From assembly GCF_000315625.1 (NCBI RefSeq), contig NW_005434531.1, positions 124,631-156,752 on the forward strand: a DNA stretch of 32,122 nucleotides, read 5' to 3'. The notes under the pieces are model-generated. The model ran no database searches. It was not told the origin of the DNA and saw only the letters and a list, made by a program, of their open reading frames with translations. Position 1 is the first letter of the stretch; every line of letters begins with the position of its first letter. Origin of the DNA: Guillardia theta CCMP2712. Lineage: Eukaryota > Protista > Cryptophyta. Positions 21,569-32,122 of this stretch are shown piece by piece. The position numbers were made by a program, and so were the translations under genes.

Positions 21569-22188
21569 AGCGGCGGCTTTTGAGCTCTAGGGAAAATGTT
21601 TAGTCATGTGAAGAATTCAAGTTCACCTCAACCACCATCTATGAAATTTTGAAGGCAGTAAATACATATTAGCCATTTTGGTTCTGCCCCGGGTTTTGAG
21701 GTTTTGTTGGATATGATGGCGATGATTCACAATATGAGACATCTCGGGATAGATATGGGGGGTGGGGGTGCAGTCACCATTATGATTACCGGTTATTTCT
21801 ATATATAAATAGTAGGTGGGGGTGATTAGTTCAGATGGGTAGTGCCTGTTTGAACTGAAAGCTTTTGGACAGGTGGCGGGAGCTCAAAATTACACGATGA
21901 TGGTAGGGTAGTTTAGAAAGGTTGGTAGGGGTACTCCAACATCTGATAATGGGTGCGTTCTCCAGGGGTAGTTCTTCACTCGTGGGGTACTCTCAAATCA
22001 CCCCTTCGTTTATGATACTTGTCCTGGTATATAGATAGGTAGGGTAATGAAAAATTTGGTTTTGGGTGGGTGGAGGTGAGAATCGTATTTTCTGTGTGGG
22101 TGGGTAAGTTTACATGACAATGTCAAGGTGGGGTGGTAATATTGGAGGGGTATAGCTGCAGGGGAGGGGTGGAACGAGAGGATCGGGC

Positions 22189-25100
22189 ATGGAAGCGATG
22201 GAGATCGACGAAGCGCTCTACAGCAGACAGCTGTACGTGCTCGGCCATGAGGCCATGCGACGAATGCAGGTATGTACACAATGATAGAGGAGAAGGAGGA
22301 CGAGGAGGACGAGGAGGACGAGGAGGAAGAGTTGAATTTCTCTCTTTTGAATTTCTCTCTCGGCAAAATAGCGAAGGAAATAGTGACTTTCACAGGGCGT
22401 TGCTGTCACAAACTTGTACCACTAGCTAGCGCAGGCAGGGATTCACACTTGATTTTGGGTGAGAGGGAGAGTAGATGGAGGATAAAATTTGATGCATGAC
22501 CGGAAATATCCGATCCTTTGTGGTCATCGCAAAGTATCATGTGGAAGTGAAATGAAAGATTCTTGGATACACCTTGAAGAGACAATATATATATACCGCA
22601 AGATAACTTCTCCTCACTTGAACTCGCAGGCCAGCAACATTCTTTTGTCTGGGTGCAAGGGTTTGGGTGTAGAGATAGGTAACCTCATCAAGTTGGTTTT
22701 TTATGATTGCTGACATGAAAGCAGGCAAGAATCTGGCTCTTGCTGGAGTCAAATCGCTCTCCCTCTATGACCCGAACCCAGTGGAACTAGCTGATCTTTC
22801 ATCTCAGGTGCAGTAAAAGTGTATCCGGTGTCCCGAAACTGATTATGTGCTCCAGTTTTACTTCACCGAGGAGGACGTAGGCAAGAATCGAGCTGAAGTG
22901 TCTGCAGCTCGTTTGCGTGATCTGAACCCCTACGTGAGCATCGAGGTGTGCAAGGCAGAGCTTGACAAGGACTGTCTCAAGCAATTCAAGGTAGGGACTT
23001 CTTCTCCACTTGTACACAAGTACATCATGATAGCCTTCACAGGTTGTGGTTCTGTCAGACTGCTCGTTCGAGCGTGCCCTGCAAATCAATGACATTTGTC
23101 ATGACATCGGCGTCCAATTTCTGTTTGCCCAGTACGTCTTCGGCTTGCACGATGATCGCATGTTGACTTCCTACAGGTCGAAGGGTGTATTTGGAAACGT
23201 ATTTGTGGACTTTGGAAAGGATTTCACTGTGTTTGATACTAACGGAGAAGAGCCTACATCAGCGATGATTTCTGCGATCTCATCGGTAGGGATACTGAGC
23301 CCTCGGAATTCTACTGACTCTTGCACGCAGGAGAATCCTGGTGTTGTCACTACCTTGGATGAAGCCAGACATGGGTTGGAGAGTGGGGACCACGTCACTT
23401 TTACCGAGATCCAGGGCATGACAGAGTTGAATGGTTGTGAACCGATTCGCATCGAAGTCACAGGTTGTTCTCGTGCGCGAGATCTGGAGGGTGCTGACAT
23501 GAGGGAAAGGACCCTATACTTTCACGATTGGCGACACCAGCAAATTCTCGCCCTACACCACTGGGGGATACGTGAAGCAAGTGAAAATGCCTCAGAAAGT
23601 TTCGTTTGTAAGCAACCTGCAGCATGTTTTGATCTGTACTTGACAGTTTTGTTCAGAAATCTATGCGCGAATCTCTTGTGGAGCCTGAATTCGTCCCTTC
23701 TGATTTTGCCAAAATGGACAAGCAGGAGCAAATTATGCTTGGGTTTTATGCTTTGGATGAGTTCGCCAAGCAAAAGGGCGAAGCTCCACGTCCTGGCAAC
23801 ATGGAACATGCGAAGGAGGTGATCAAGCTTGCCAAAGAGTTGAGCTCCAAGCACAACAACCTTGTGTCGGAATTCGATGAGAAGCTGCTCACTCAAATGT
23901 CGCTGAATGCCAGGGGAGATCTCTCGCCGATGGCGGCAGTTCTCGGAGGCATCGTTGCGCAGGAAGCATTGAAGGCATGTTCTGGAAAGTTCATGCCGAT
24001 CAAGCAATGGTTTGTGTACGATGTCATCGAGGCTTTACCGGAGGATTACTTGCCAGAGGACGAAGTGAAAGCTCAGGGATCACGATATGACGGTCAGATA
24101 GCAGTCTTCGGGAAGACTTTCCAGGATAAGATTACGAACTTGAACTACTTTCTTGTCGGTGCAGGTGCGATTGGATGTGAGATGCTGAAGAACTGGGCGA
24201 TGATGGGCTTGGCTAGCGCTCCAAAAGGCTGCATCCACATTACCGATATGGACACGATTGAGAAGTCGAATCTGAACAGACAATTCTTGTTCAGGGCTAC
24301 AGATATCCAGAAGCTCAAGTCGACGACTGCAGCCGAGGCAGTGACCCGAATGAACAAAGATCTGAACATCAAGTGCTACTCCACCCGTGTTGGCCCAGAC
24401 ACCGAAGAGTTGTTCGATGATGCCTTCTTCGAAAGCCTCGACGGCGTTTGCAATGCCCTTGACAACGTTCAGGCCCGTCTCTATGTCGATCAAAGATGTA
24501 TATATTATCAGAAACCACTCCTTGAATCTGGAACCTTGGGAACCAAGGGGAATGTGCAAGTGGTAGTTCCCAACCTAACGGAGTCCTACGGCTCTTCCAG
24601 AGACCCTCCTGAGAAGTCAATCCCGATTTGCACGCTCAAGAACTTTCCGAATGCGATCGAACATACAATCCAGTGGGCGAGAGACGAGTTCGAGGGTTTG
24701 TTCAAACAGGTCAGGGCGAGAGGGATTCTACGTGGTTCATGACGCTGCGTTCAGGCTGCAGAAGATGCTAATACCTACTTGAGCGACAGCGAGTACGTTT
24801 CCAAGTTGAAGAAACAGCCGGGAACAGGATTATCCACCCTCGAGATTCTTCGGGACAACTTGGTGTGTTGTGAACCCCGATTCTTCATGGAATGTTGATA
24901 GTGAATTTTGCAGGTTGCCAAGAAGCCAAAATCCATGACGGACTGCATTGTGTGGGCTAGATTGAAGGTGAATGACGATTTAAGTTTGCAGGACAAAGAC
25001 GTTGAATTCTTTTGTACAGTTCGAAGAGCTCTTTGTAAATAATATTAAGCAATTGCTCTTCAACTTCCCTTTGGACATGGTGACGGCTGGTGGAACTCCT

Positions 25101-26564
25101 TTCTGGTCTGGACCAAAGCGTGCGCCCACGCCTCTGTCTTTCGATCAGGGTATGTGAGGCGCCTCTGCTCCGATGAAACTGAGAGTCTCTGCAGAGAATC
25201 AGCTCCACCTGGACTTCGTCATCGCAGCTGCGAACCTGAGGGCGGGAGTGTTCGGCATCGAAGGCACAAGGGACGTGGCTGCCATCAAGGTGAGCTGCAT
25301 CTGCTCTGTCGGTCGTGAACCTTGTGAGACTTGTTCAGGCTGCTCTTGGCGATGTGATGGTGCCGGAGTTCACACCGCAGAAGGGTATCAAGATCCAGGT
25401 GAAGAAGGCGGTGAGGATGCGAGCGGATAGTGAAGAATCCTGCAGGTCAACGAGGCTGAGGCGCAATCAGACCAGAGTGCTCCACAAGATCTTGACGAGG
25501 CAGAGCTCAATCGCGTCATTTCGCAGCTGCCGAAACCAGAAGATCTCAAAGGTGGGTGGGAAGTGCGGAGAATGTTCTTGCCGACTGAGACGTCCGCGCG
25601 AAGGTCTCAAGTTGAACCCAATGGAGTTTGAGAAGGACGACGATACCAACTTCCACATCGACTTCATTACGGCCTGTTCGAACCTCAGGGCGACAAACTA
25701 TAACGTTGACCTTGTGTGATCCAACTGAGAAGGTGTGAAGCTAGTTCTCGCAGATCACCAACGCCGACAAGCATCAGACCAAGTTCATCGCCGGCAAGAT
25801 CATCCCTGCCATTGCAACGACTACTGCCATGGTCACTGGCTTCGTTTGCTTCGAGCTCTACAAGCTGGTAATTGCTTCTCGTCCACCACACTCTTGTGAT
25901 GATCCTGGAAGGCTCGGGGAGTCAAGCTGGAGCAGTACAAGAATGCCTTTGCCAACCTTGCGCTCCCCCTCTTCACCTTCTCTGAACCGATCGCTGCTCC
26001 TGTCCGGAAGTTCAAGGATCAGGTAACGCGAGCTTGCCGTCTGTCTCTCCCTTACAGACCGTGCAGAGCTGGTCCCTCTGGTCTCGCATAGATATCGATC
26101 AAGGGGACATTTCTCTCCAAGAGTTTATCGACTTCTTCCAGGTCAGCCGTCCAGCCCATTGCCCCTCTACCTCATTTCCCCAGCTTTCCCTCTCTCTGCT
26201 GATTTGTAAGCCTTCCAGAAAAACATGGATTTGGAGGTTTCCATGATCTCTTGCGGAGTGTCGATCCTGTACAGCTCGTTCATGACAACAGGAAAGAAGA
26301 AGCAAGAGCGAATGCCAATGAAGTACGTCCTCTCCTCCTCCTCCTCCTCCTCCTCCCTCTCCGCTTCCCTCCCTCCTCCTCCCTCCTCCCTTCCTCTGCT
26401 TGACTTGTCCCTGACTGCTGTCAACTAGGATGAGCGAGCTCGCCAAGAGCATCGCCAAGATTGAGTTCGGGCCGAAGCAGAAGTACATGGTGCTAGAAGT
26501 GTGCTGCTCGGACGAGGACGGAGAGGATGTCGAGACTCCGTATGTGCGCTATAAGTTTCGATGA
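22189..26564 (+). CDS. UBA1: Ubiquitin-activating enzyme E1 (about 20 introns)
   Basis: [27 protein letters not shown]|[16 protein letters not shown]|[11 protein letters not shown]; [14 protein letters not shown]; [17 protein letters not shown]; catalytic Cys in [10 protein letters not shown]; [14 protein letters not shown]; [14 protein letters not shown]; ends [13 protein letters not shown] (TGA 26562-26564). Confidence 0.97.
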
Positions 26565-26693
26565 GGGGGAGGGCCAGTGCTCGTACAAGAGCTTTAATGA
26601 AGTTTAGATGGCTGAAGAGCTTGGGGGGGGCGGGGGCAGGGCAGGCAGAGGAGGATATGGTCATCTTGTCTTGCTCAGCCCTACCAGGACTTC

Positions 26694-28412
26694 TCAGGTG
26701 CTGCGGTCGCCGCCAGGCCCGAACCTGCTGAGCTGAGCCATGAAGGGATCGCTGGCAAACTGCTGCCAGTTAGCTTGATACATTCCCATCAGCTTGCGGC
26801 TCGTCGCCTCGTACTCCTCCTGGGAGGCCCAGGTGTTCCTCGGGTTCAGCACGTGCGCGTCGACGCCTGGAAGAGCGAGAGGGACGGAGAGCTGGAAGCA
26901 AGGATCGGGAGACGAGAAGGTCGCCTCCTCGATGGACCCGTCGAGGATTGCAGCCACGATCGCCCTCGTCGTGTTGATGTCCATGCGCCTGCCGGTCCCG
27001 TAGGAGCCGCCGGACCATCCGGTGTTGACAAGGAAGACTTGGCAGCCGTGCTGCTCGATCTTGCTGCGGAAGAGCTGTGCGTACACGCGGGCAGGAAGGG
27101 GCATGAAGGCACCCCCGAAGCAGATGGAGAAGGTTGGGGTCGGCTCAGTGATGCCCATCTCCGTCCCTGCCACCTTGGACGTGTAGCCGCAGACGAGGTG
27201 GTAGAGAGCCTGCTCGGTAGAGAGGCGAGAGACCGGAGGGAGCACCCCGAAGGCGTCGCACGTGAGGAAGATGACGTTGCGAGGAGGAGGAGCGGTGCCG
27301 CTGGGCTGGTAGTTGGGGATGTGCCACATGGGATAGCTTCCTCGCGTGTTCTCCGTCTTACTGATGTCCTTGTAGTCCGGCCGGCCGTGCTGATCCAGTA
27401 CAATGTTCTCTAGGATAGCGTTCTCCTTGATCGCGGCATGAATCAGGGGCTCCTTGCTAGGGTCCAGGTCGATCATCTTGGCGTAGCATCCTCCCTCCAG
27501 GTTGAAGATCCCCTCCTCGTCCCAGCCGTGCTCGTCGTCTCCGATGAGGAAGCGGGTGGTGTCAGCCGAGAGCGTCGTCTTGCCCGTCCCGCTAAGCCCG
27601 AAGAAGATGGCCGTGTCTCCTCCCTTCCCCACCGTCGCAGAGCAGTGCATGGACATGATGTTCTGCAGGGGGAGGTAGTAGTTCATCATCGAGAAGGCTC
27701 CCTTCTTCATCTCTCCTGAGTACTCCGTCCCTGTGATGACCGACAGCCCGCGGTTCAGGTCGAGTGCGACGCAAGTCTCGCTCCGCAGCCCAGCCTCCTT
27801 CCATCCCTCGAACAGGTACCTGCTGTTGAGAATCGTGATGTCCGGCTTGAAGCTCGCAAGCTCCTCCTCTGTCGGGCGGATGAACATGTTGGTGCAGAAG
27901 TGGTGGTGCCATGCAAGCTCCGTCACCACCCGCACGGCCTTGCGGGAGGACCGGCTCGCCCCCACGAAGCCGTCGAAGACAAAAACTTCTTCCAGCCCGC
28001 AGAGTCTCTTAGCGCTTCCCTCCATGACCTTGTCGAACACTTCCTCCGTAATCCCTCTGTTGATGTCTCCCCATCCCACCTTGCTCGCGGCCTCTCCCGC
28101 GTTCACGATGTAGCGGTCCTTCGGGCAGCGTCCGGTGAACTTGCCCGTGTCGACCAGGAGAGCCTCGCTCTCTTGCACCAGCGATCCCTCCCCTCGAGCA
28201 AGGATCTTGGCTCTCACGTCCTCGAAGGACATGTTGCGGTGGCATCCTGGGTGGTCCAGGAAGTTGAACGGCACGGCTGGCTCCACTAACTTGGAGGTAG
28301 TGTAGGTGGCAAGCTTCAGGGTCTGCTCGACCACGTTGTCGCAACTTTCTTGGCGAACGTTGAACATGTTCTTGGTGTTGATGGTGAAGTCGTTGGATGT
28401 GGAGCTTGCCAT
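26694..28412 (-). CDS. pckA: Phosphoenolpyruvate carboxykinase (ATP), 572 aa, intronless CDS
   Basis: TGKFTGRCPKD, YSGEMKKG, P-loop FFGLSGTGKTTLS, IGDDEHGW, FNLEGGCYAK, ENTRGSYP, LVNTGWSGG. Confidence 0.97.
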   Translation of the reverse strand: MASSTSNDFTINTKNMFNVRQESCDNVVEQTLKLATYTTSKLVEPAVPFNFLDHPGCHRNMSFEDVRAKILARGEGSLVQESEALLVDTGKFTGRCPKDRYIVNAGEAASKVGWGDINRGITEEVFDKVMEGSAKRLCGLEEVFVFDGFVGASRSSRKAVRVVTELAWHHHFCTNMFIRPTEEELASFKPDITILNSRYLFEGWKEAGLRSETCVALDLNRGLSVITGTEYSGEMKKGAFSMMNYYLPLQNIMSMHCSATVGKGGDTAIFFGLSGTGKTTLSADTTRFLIGDDEHGWDEEGIFNLEGGCYAKMIDLDPSKEPLIHAAIKENAILENIVLDQHGRPDYKDISKTENTRGSYPMWHIPNYQPSGTAPPPRNVIFLTCDAFGVLPPVSRLSTEQALYHLVCGYTSKVAGTEMGITEPTPTFSICFGGAFMPLPARVYAQLFRSKIEQHGCQVFLVNTGWSGGSYGTGRRMDINTTRAIVAAILDGSIEEATFSSPDPCFQLSVPLALPGVDAHVLNPRNTWASQEEYEATSRKLMGMYQANWQQFASDPFMAQLSRFGPGGDRST

Positions 28413-29629
28413 GGCCTGTGCAGAAAGTTATATGCAGTCTTCCTGACAGCGAGGTGTGACAAATCACATTCACTCACAAACAGTCCTCACAGCACAAGTG
28501 AGTACGAATAGTTGCAGCTATGGCTCTGTGCATTCGGTTTCTTCCTTCACATCATCTACATCATAACACAGCTAGTGCTTGTTAATGCTGAGTCTGACCA
28601 GTAGGCGTGAGGGAGCAGGGATCACACGACAAAGAGTATAGTTGCAACATCGTACGAAGTGCAACCAAGAACGATGAGGATTTCCTAACCCAAAGTTGCT
28701 TGCTCATCAACATCATTTCATCGCTCTTCGACATGCTACCACTTCGAAACCATCTGAGACAGAGTTTGCATCATAACTTCCTTCCTCCTCCTCCTTCTCT
28801 CCCTCACTTTCTCGCGCCTCTGTTGAGCGCTCCCCGACAGTCTTATGTGGAGGGGGGAGGGGGAAATGGGGGTACGGCCCCGGTCAAAAAGGGGGGTGAT
28901 GGAGTGGGGTGGTGGGGTGAGGTACAGGACCCTTCCTAGCCCAAGGTGTAAACGAGTGGGTACAACAGAAGGCTTCGTTAAAGTACCGGTACTTTTGAAT
29001 AAAAAACGTCTAAAAAGTAGGGGTACTTTGAAGAAAGAGGCGCAAATTACAGGATGTAGAAGTTTAGGGGGGTATCGGCATGGTTAAAATCCGATGGGGT
29101 AGGGGTCACTACCCTAACCTATACAAAATGTGAGATATCCTGGGGTAGGGGTATCTGCTTTCCGCCCCTTGCGTGCAGTCCCTTTAAAATTATTTTCAAT
29201 TTCTAAAATAATTTATGAGCATCTAAAAATACTCCTTCGGTACTGATAATATTATATGTATGAAATAAATATACTTAATAAGATTACATTATTTTACATT
29301 TCGCCTTTGAGGAAGGGGAAGGGTCGGGGCGCAGGGGGCTAATTGTACTGAAATTTTGATCACCAGCCAATCTCATCCCAAATTCTTGTCTTTACTATCA
29401 ATAACTGCTAAATTGTTTTATACAAGGGACAGCCAGTACCAGGAGTTGGAGGTCGCCCCCTGCAGTAAAAAATAAAAATAACACCTTTTCGTTAAAGTCG
29501 TTTGTGAACAAGATATTGTTCGTTTATTTTAAAACACATAAACCCCAAAAATTGAAAACCCTACACTTCGTTTACGACCGAACGTACGGCGGGCGAACAG
29601 CTTACCCTCATCCCCGCTATGTCCCACTT

Positions 29630-30165
29630 GACTTCGAGCCGCGGCCCGGCCCGTCGGAACTTCGGAAGCAGCCCGGCCGGGCCCCGGGACTGCAGACTCA
29701 GAGCCGACTGCCACAGCACCAGGCTAACCTTCACCGTCACGTGCTGTCCTCAGACGGTCCGTCTCAGTCCGGCGCGGAACTTCCGTACCGTACCGTGGCA
29801 GCCTGAGTCACTCACGGAACTTCGGGCCGTCCGATTTGGCATCATCGTCCGACATTAAACGGTTGACCGCCGGCGCTGGCAGCTGAGCCGCGGCCGTTGC
29901 GGCGGTGCCACCCGGTGATGGAACGGCATGAAGCAACGTCTGCCGAGTCCGATCCGATCAGCCGCCGGCCGGACTGCCGTACGACGGTAGCAGCGCCGGA
30001 AGGCCCGCAGCTTCAGAAGTTCGGATGAGTCACGAGTCTGAGTCGCATCATGATGTGGCAGCCCGGGTAGCCACCGGCGGCCACCAGCGCCGGGGCCCGC
30101 GGCTGGCGGTCGCTGCCACTCCGGGAGCCTCGGAGTCACACCAAGTAGTCGGAACTTGCTGCTGG
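29630..30165. promoter_or_regulatory. GC-rich intergenic island 3
   Basis: CCGG/CGGC-rich block after an AT-rich flank. CGGAACTTC at 29655, 29775 and 29815; TGAGTCA at 29804 and 30026. Confidence 0.45.
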
Positions 30166-30348
30166 TAAGTTGATTCATAGAGAGTCATTGTTGAAGATGA
30201 TCATATCCTCTCTTCTCTTCTCCTCTCTTCTGAAGTCTCCTCCCTCCCTCCCTCCCTCCGCTCCCAGGGAGCCGCTTGGAGTCCCTCCCTCCCTCCCTCC
30301 CAGCCTTCGATTCATGATCCTTTCCTTCTCTTACTCTACACCTGACGA

Positions 30349-31341
30349 TTACAGACAGGCTATGTCCCTCCCGAACACTCTGGACTTCATCCAGTCGAAG
30401 AGGACGAGGACGCGGTTTCTGAACGCCACTTGCTTGGTGAGGTACACGCTCCTCCACAAGATCCAGCCTGCTAGGCCGGACTGTTTGGAGAGTCTCAACT
30501 GAGAGCAGAGGTCAGGAGATGGCGAGACTGAGGAATGAGGTGAGGAGGAGGAAGGTGGGAGGGGAAGGGGAAGAGAGGAAGGGGAGATCAGGAGGAGGAG
30601 CAGTAGCGGAATAAGGGAATTGAGGAGGAGGAGGAGGAGGAGGAGAAGGGAGATTAGGAGGAGAAAGAAGGGGTGAGGAAACGGGGGGATGGAAAGGGGA
30701 CGAGTAAAGGAGGAGTGGAGGCTTACAAGCTGAGTTCCTGTCTTGTGAGGGGAGTCCATGCCAACCTCGACCTGAGCGATGGCGCTTCTTCCTCCCACAT
30801 ACGCCAGCAAGCCGAGGGACAGGAACTGAAAGGGCCGCACAAACACCCTGTGCTCGTCAATCTGCATGCTCGTCAGGCATCTTGTGAGGGAAGGAAAAGT
30901 AGAGGAGGAGGGGGAGGAGCAGGAGCAGGAGAAGGAGAAGGAGCAGCAGGGGGACGAAGGAGAACGAGGAGGACGGAGGAGGAGTTCGAGGACGAGGAAG
31001 ACGAGGACGACGAGGAAATGGGGAGGGGAAAGCTGGAGGACTGGGAGGAGGGGAAGGAAAAGGGGGGCGGGGAGGGAAGGAGAAGAGGAGTGGTTGGTAG
31101 AAATATTACAATCGTCTTCGCAAGCTCATCCCCGTCTCTTGCTCTTGCTCGTAGGGACAGTGCCAGTGCTGCCCCGTACGTCTGCTCGGGCAGGAAGCCT
31201 TTGTCGGGCCCCTGACACGATTTTCCGTCAGTTGCAGCGTGTCGAGGGAGGTGGAAAGACAGGGAGGAAGAAGGAAGGGAAGTGGAAGTGCGAAGGGGAA
31301 GGAGCAGGGGTAGGAGCAGGAGCAGGAGCAGGAGCAGGGGT

Positions 31342-31380
<39 letters not shown>

Positions 31381-32092
31381 GGTAGGAGCAGGAGCAGGAG
31401 CAGGAGCAGGAGCGGAAGCAGAAGCAAGAGCAGAACCCTGAATTGACGGTTGAAAATTCTCGCAAGATAAGCTCCCTGTTGGGCTGCGACCTGTCAATGT
31501 GCAATGAGATGACGTGACTGACTCTCGCCTATCGCCCCTTCTCGTCCTCCCACCTTCCTCTTCCTCCTTCTCCTCCACTCTCTCATTGTCCTCCCACCTT
31601 CCCCTTCCTCCTCCCTCTCCACTCTCTCCTCCTCCCTTCATCATCCTTGTCATCATCGTCCTAGTCCTCATCCTCTTCCTTCCCCCTCTCTCCCCCATTC
31701 CTGTTCGTTCCTCCATATCGTTGATCTCTTCTTCATCACTTCTTCCCCCCGTCCCCTCCTCTCCCTCCTTCAGGTCTCAGTTACCTGCGCTGTCTGCGGG
31801 AGGACAACTGACTCTGACTCAGAGCAATCTCCGAGGGCGAAGACCGACCCATCATTGATGCCCACCTGATTATGCTGTCAAGGCTAGAGAGCGGAGAGGG
31901 AGGAGGGAGGAGGGAGGAGGGAGGAGGGAGGAGGAGGAAGGGAGGAACAAGTAGCGAAGGAGGAGGAGCGAGGAGGAAAGGGAGGAGAAAACATGAATGA
32001 AAGGGAGAGGCATGACGAGGAGAAAGTCTTACAACACGCAGCCAGTCATCAGTAACGATTCGTCCCCGCTTGTCTTGCTTCCAGGGTTGATT
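30349..32092 (-). CDS. Type II (alternative, rotenone-insensitive) NAD(P)H:quinone oxidoreductase, 3' partial, multi-exon
   Basis: Spliced minus-strand exons give NQPWKQDKRGRIVTDDWLRV|VGINDGSVFALGDCS...LPQTAQ|VAAQQGAYLARIFNRQFR|GPDK...KTI|IDEHRVFVRPFQFLSLGLLAYVG...|SGLAGWILWRSVYLTKQVAFRNRVLVLFDWMKSRVFGRDIACL*. These are NDH-2 hallmarks. The gene continues beyond the window end. Confidence 0.93.
31300..31420. repeat. (GGAGCA)n hexamer microsatellite in an NDH-2 intron
   Basis: Tandem GGAGCA units with periodic GGGGTA variants. Confidence 0.9.
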
Positions 32093-32122
32093 CTAAAACC
32101 AAGCCATGTGAATCTTCCCTCC

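Noticed and set aside
9592-26564. E1 (UBA1) plus RING E3 as a clustered ubiquitination or SELMA locus
   Set aside because: They are 12 kb apart with unrelated genes between. UBA1 shows no presequence and looks like the ordinary cytosolic E1, so proximity is probably chance.
26770-28473. Many overlapping ORFs across PEPCK (likewise across the GT, C2 and IQ genes)
   Set aside because: Shadow frames of high-GC3 coding sequence.

Overview
Eukaryotic nuclear DNA with many short GT-AG introns (about 45-60 nt), CCT/GGA microsatellite-filled introns and one 100-N scaffold gap. Intron style, repeat content and signal-peptide + transit-peptide-like presequences suggest an alga with a complex plastid, most likely a cryptophyte such as Guillardia theta or a relative (inference). 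Most ORFs in the six-frame track are artefacts of microsatellites or antisense frames. Genes reconstructed by manual splicing, in order: 3' end of a bacterial/organellar-type Asn-tRNA ligase (+); intronless glycosyltransferase-like + PAN/Apple membrane protein (-); a large multi-exon protein with signal peptide, LRGG motif, OPR-like helical repeats and a C-terminal TMEM129-type RING (+); a double-C2 protein (-); a 9-exon 60S ribosomal protein eL42 (L36a/L44) with a ~97-aa bipartite presequence (-), which no single ORF in the track reveals; a CEP164-type WW + 16xIQ protein (-); a small single-TM hypothetical (-); ubiquitin-activating enzyme E1 (+, about 20 introns); intronless ATP-dependent PEPCK (-); 3' part of a type II NADH dehydrogenase (-). 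The best leads are the eL42 that looks targeted to the periplastid compartment (a candidate nucleus-encoded subunit of the nucleomorph 80S ribosome), the presequence-bearing OPR-like/TMEM129-RING fusion, and three GC-rich intergenic islands sharing a CGGAACTTCCG / TGAGTCA motif set.
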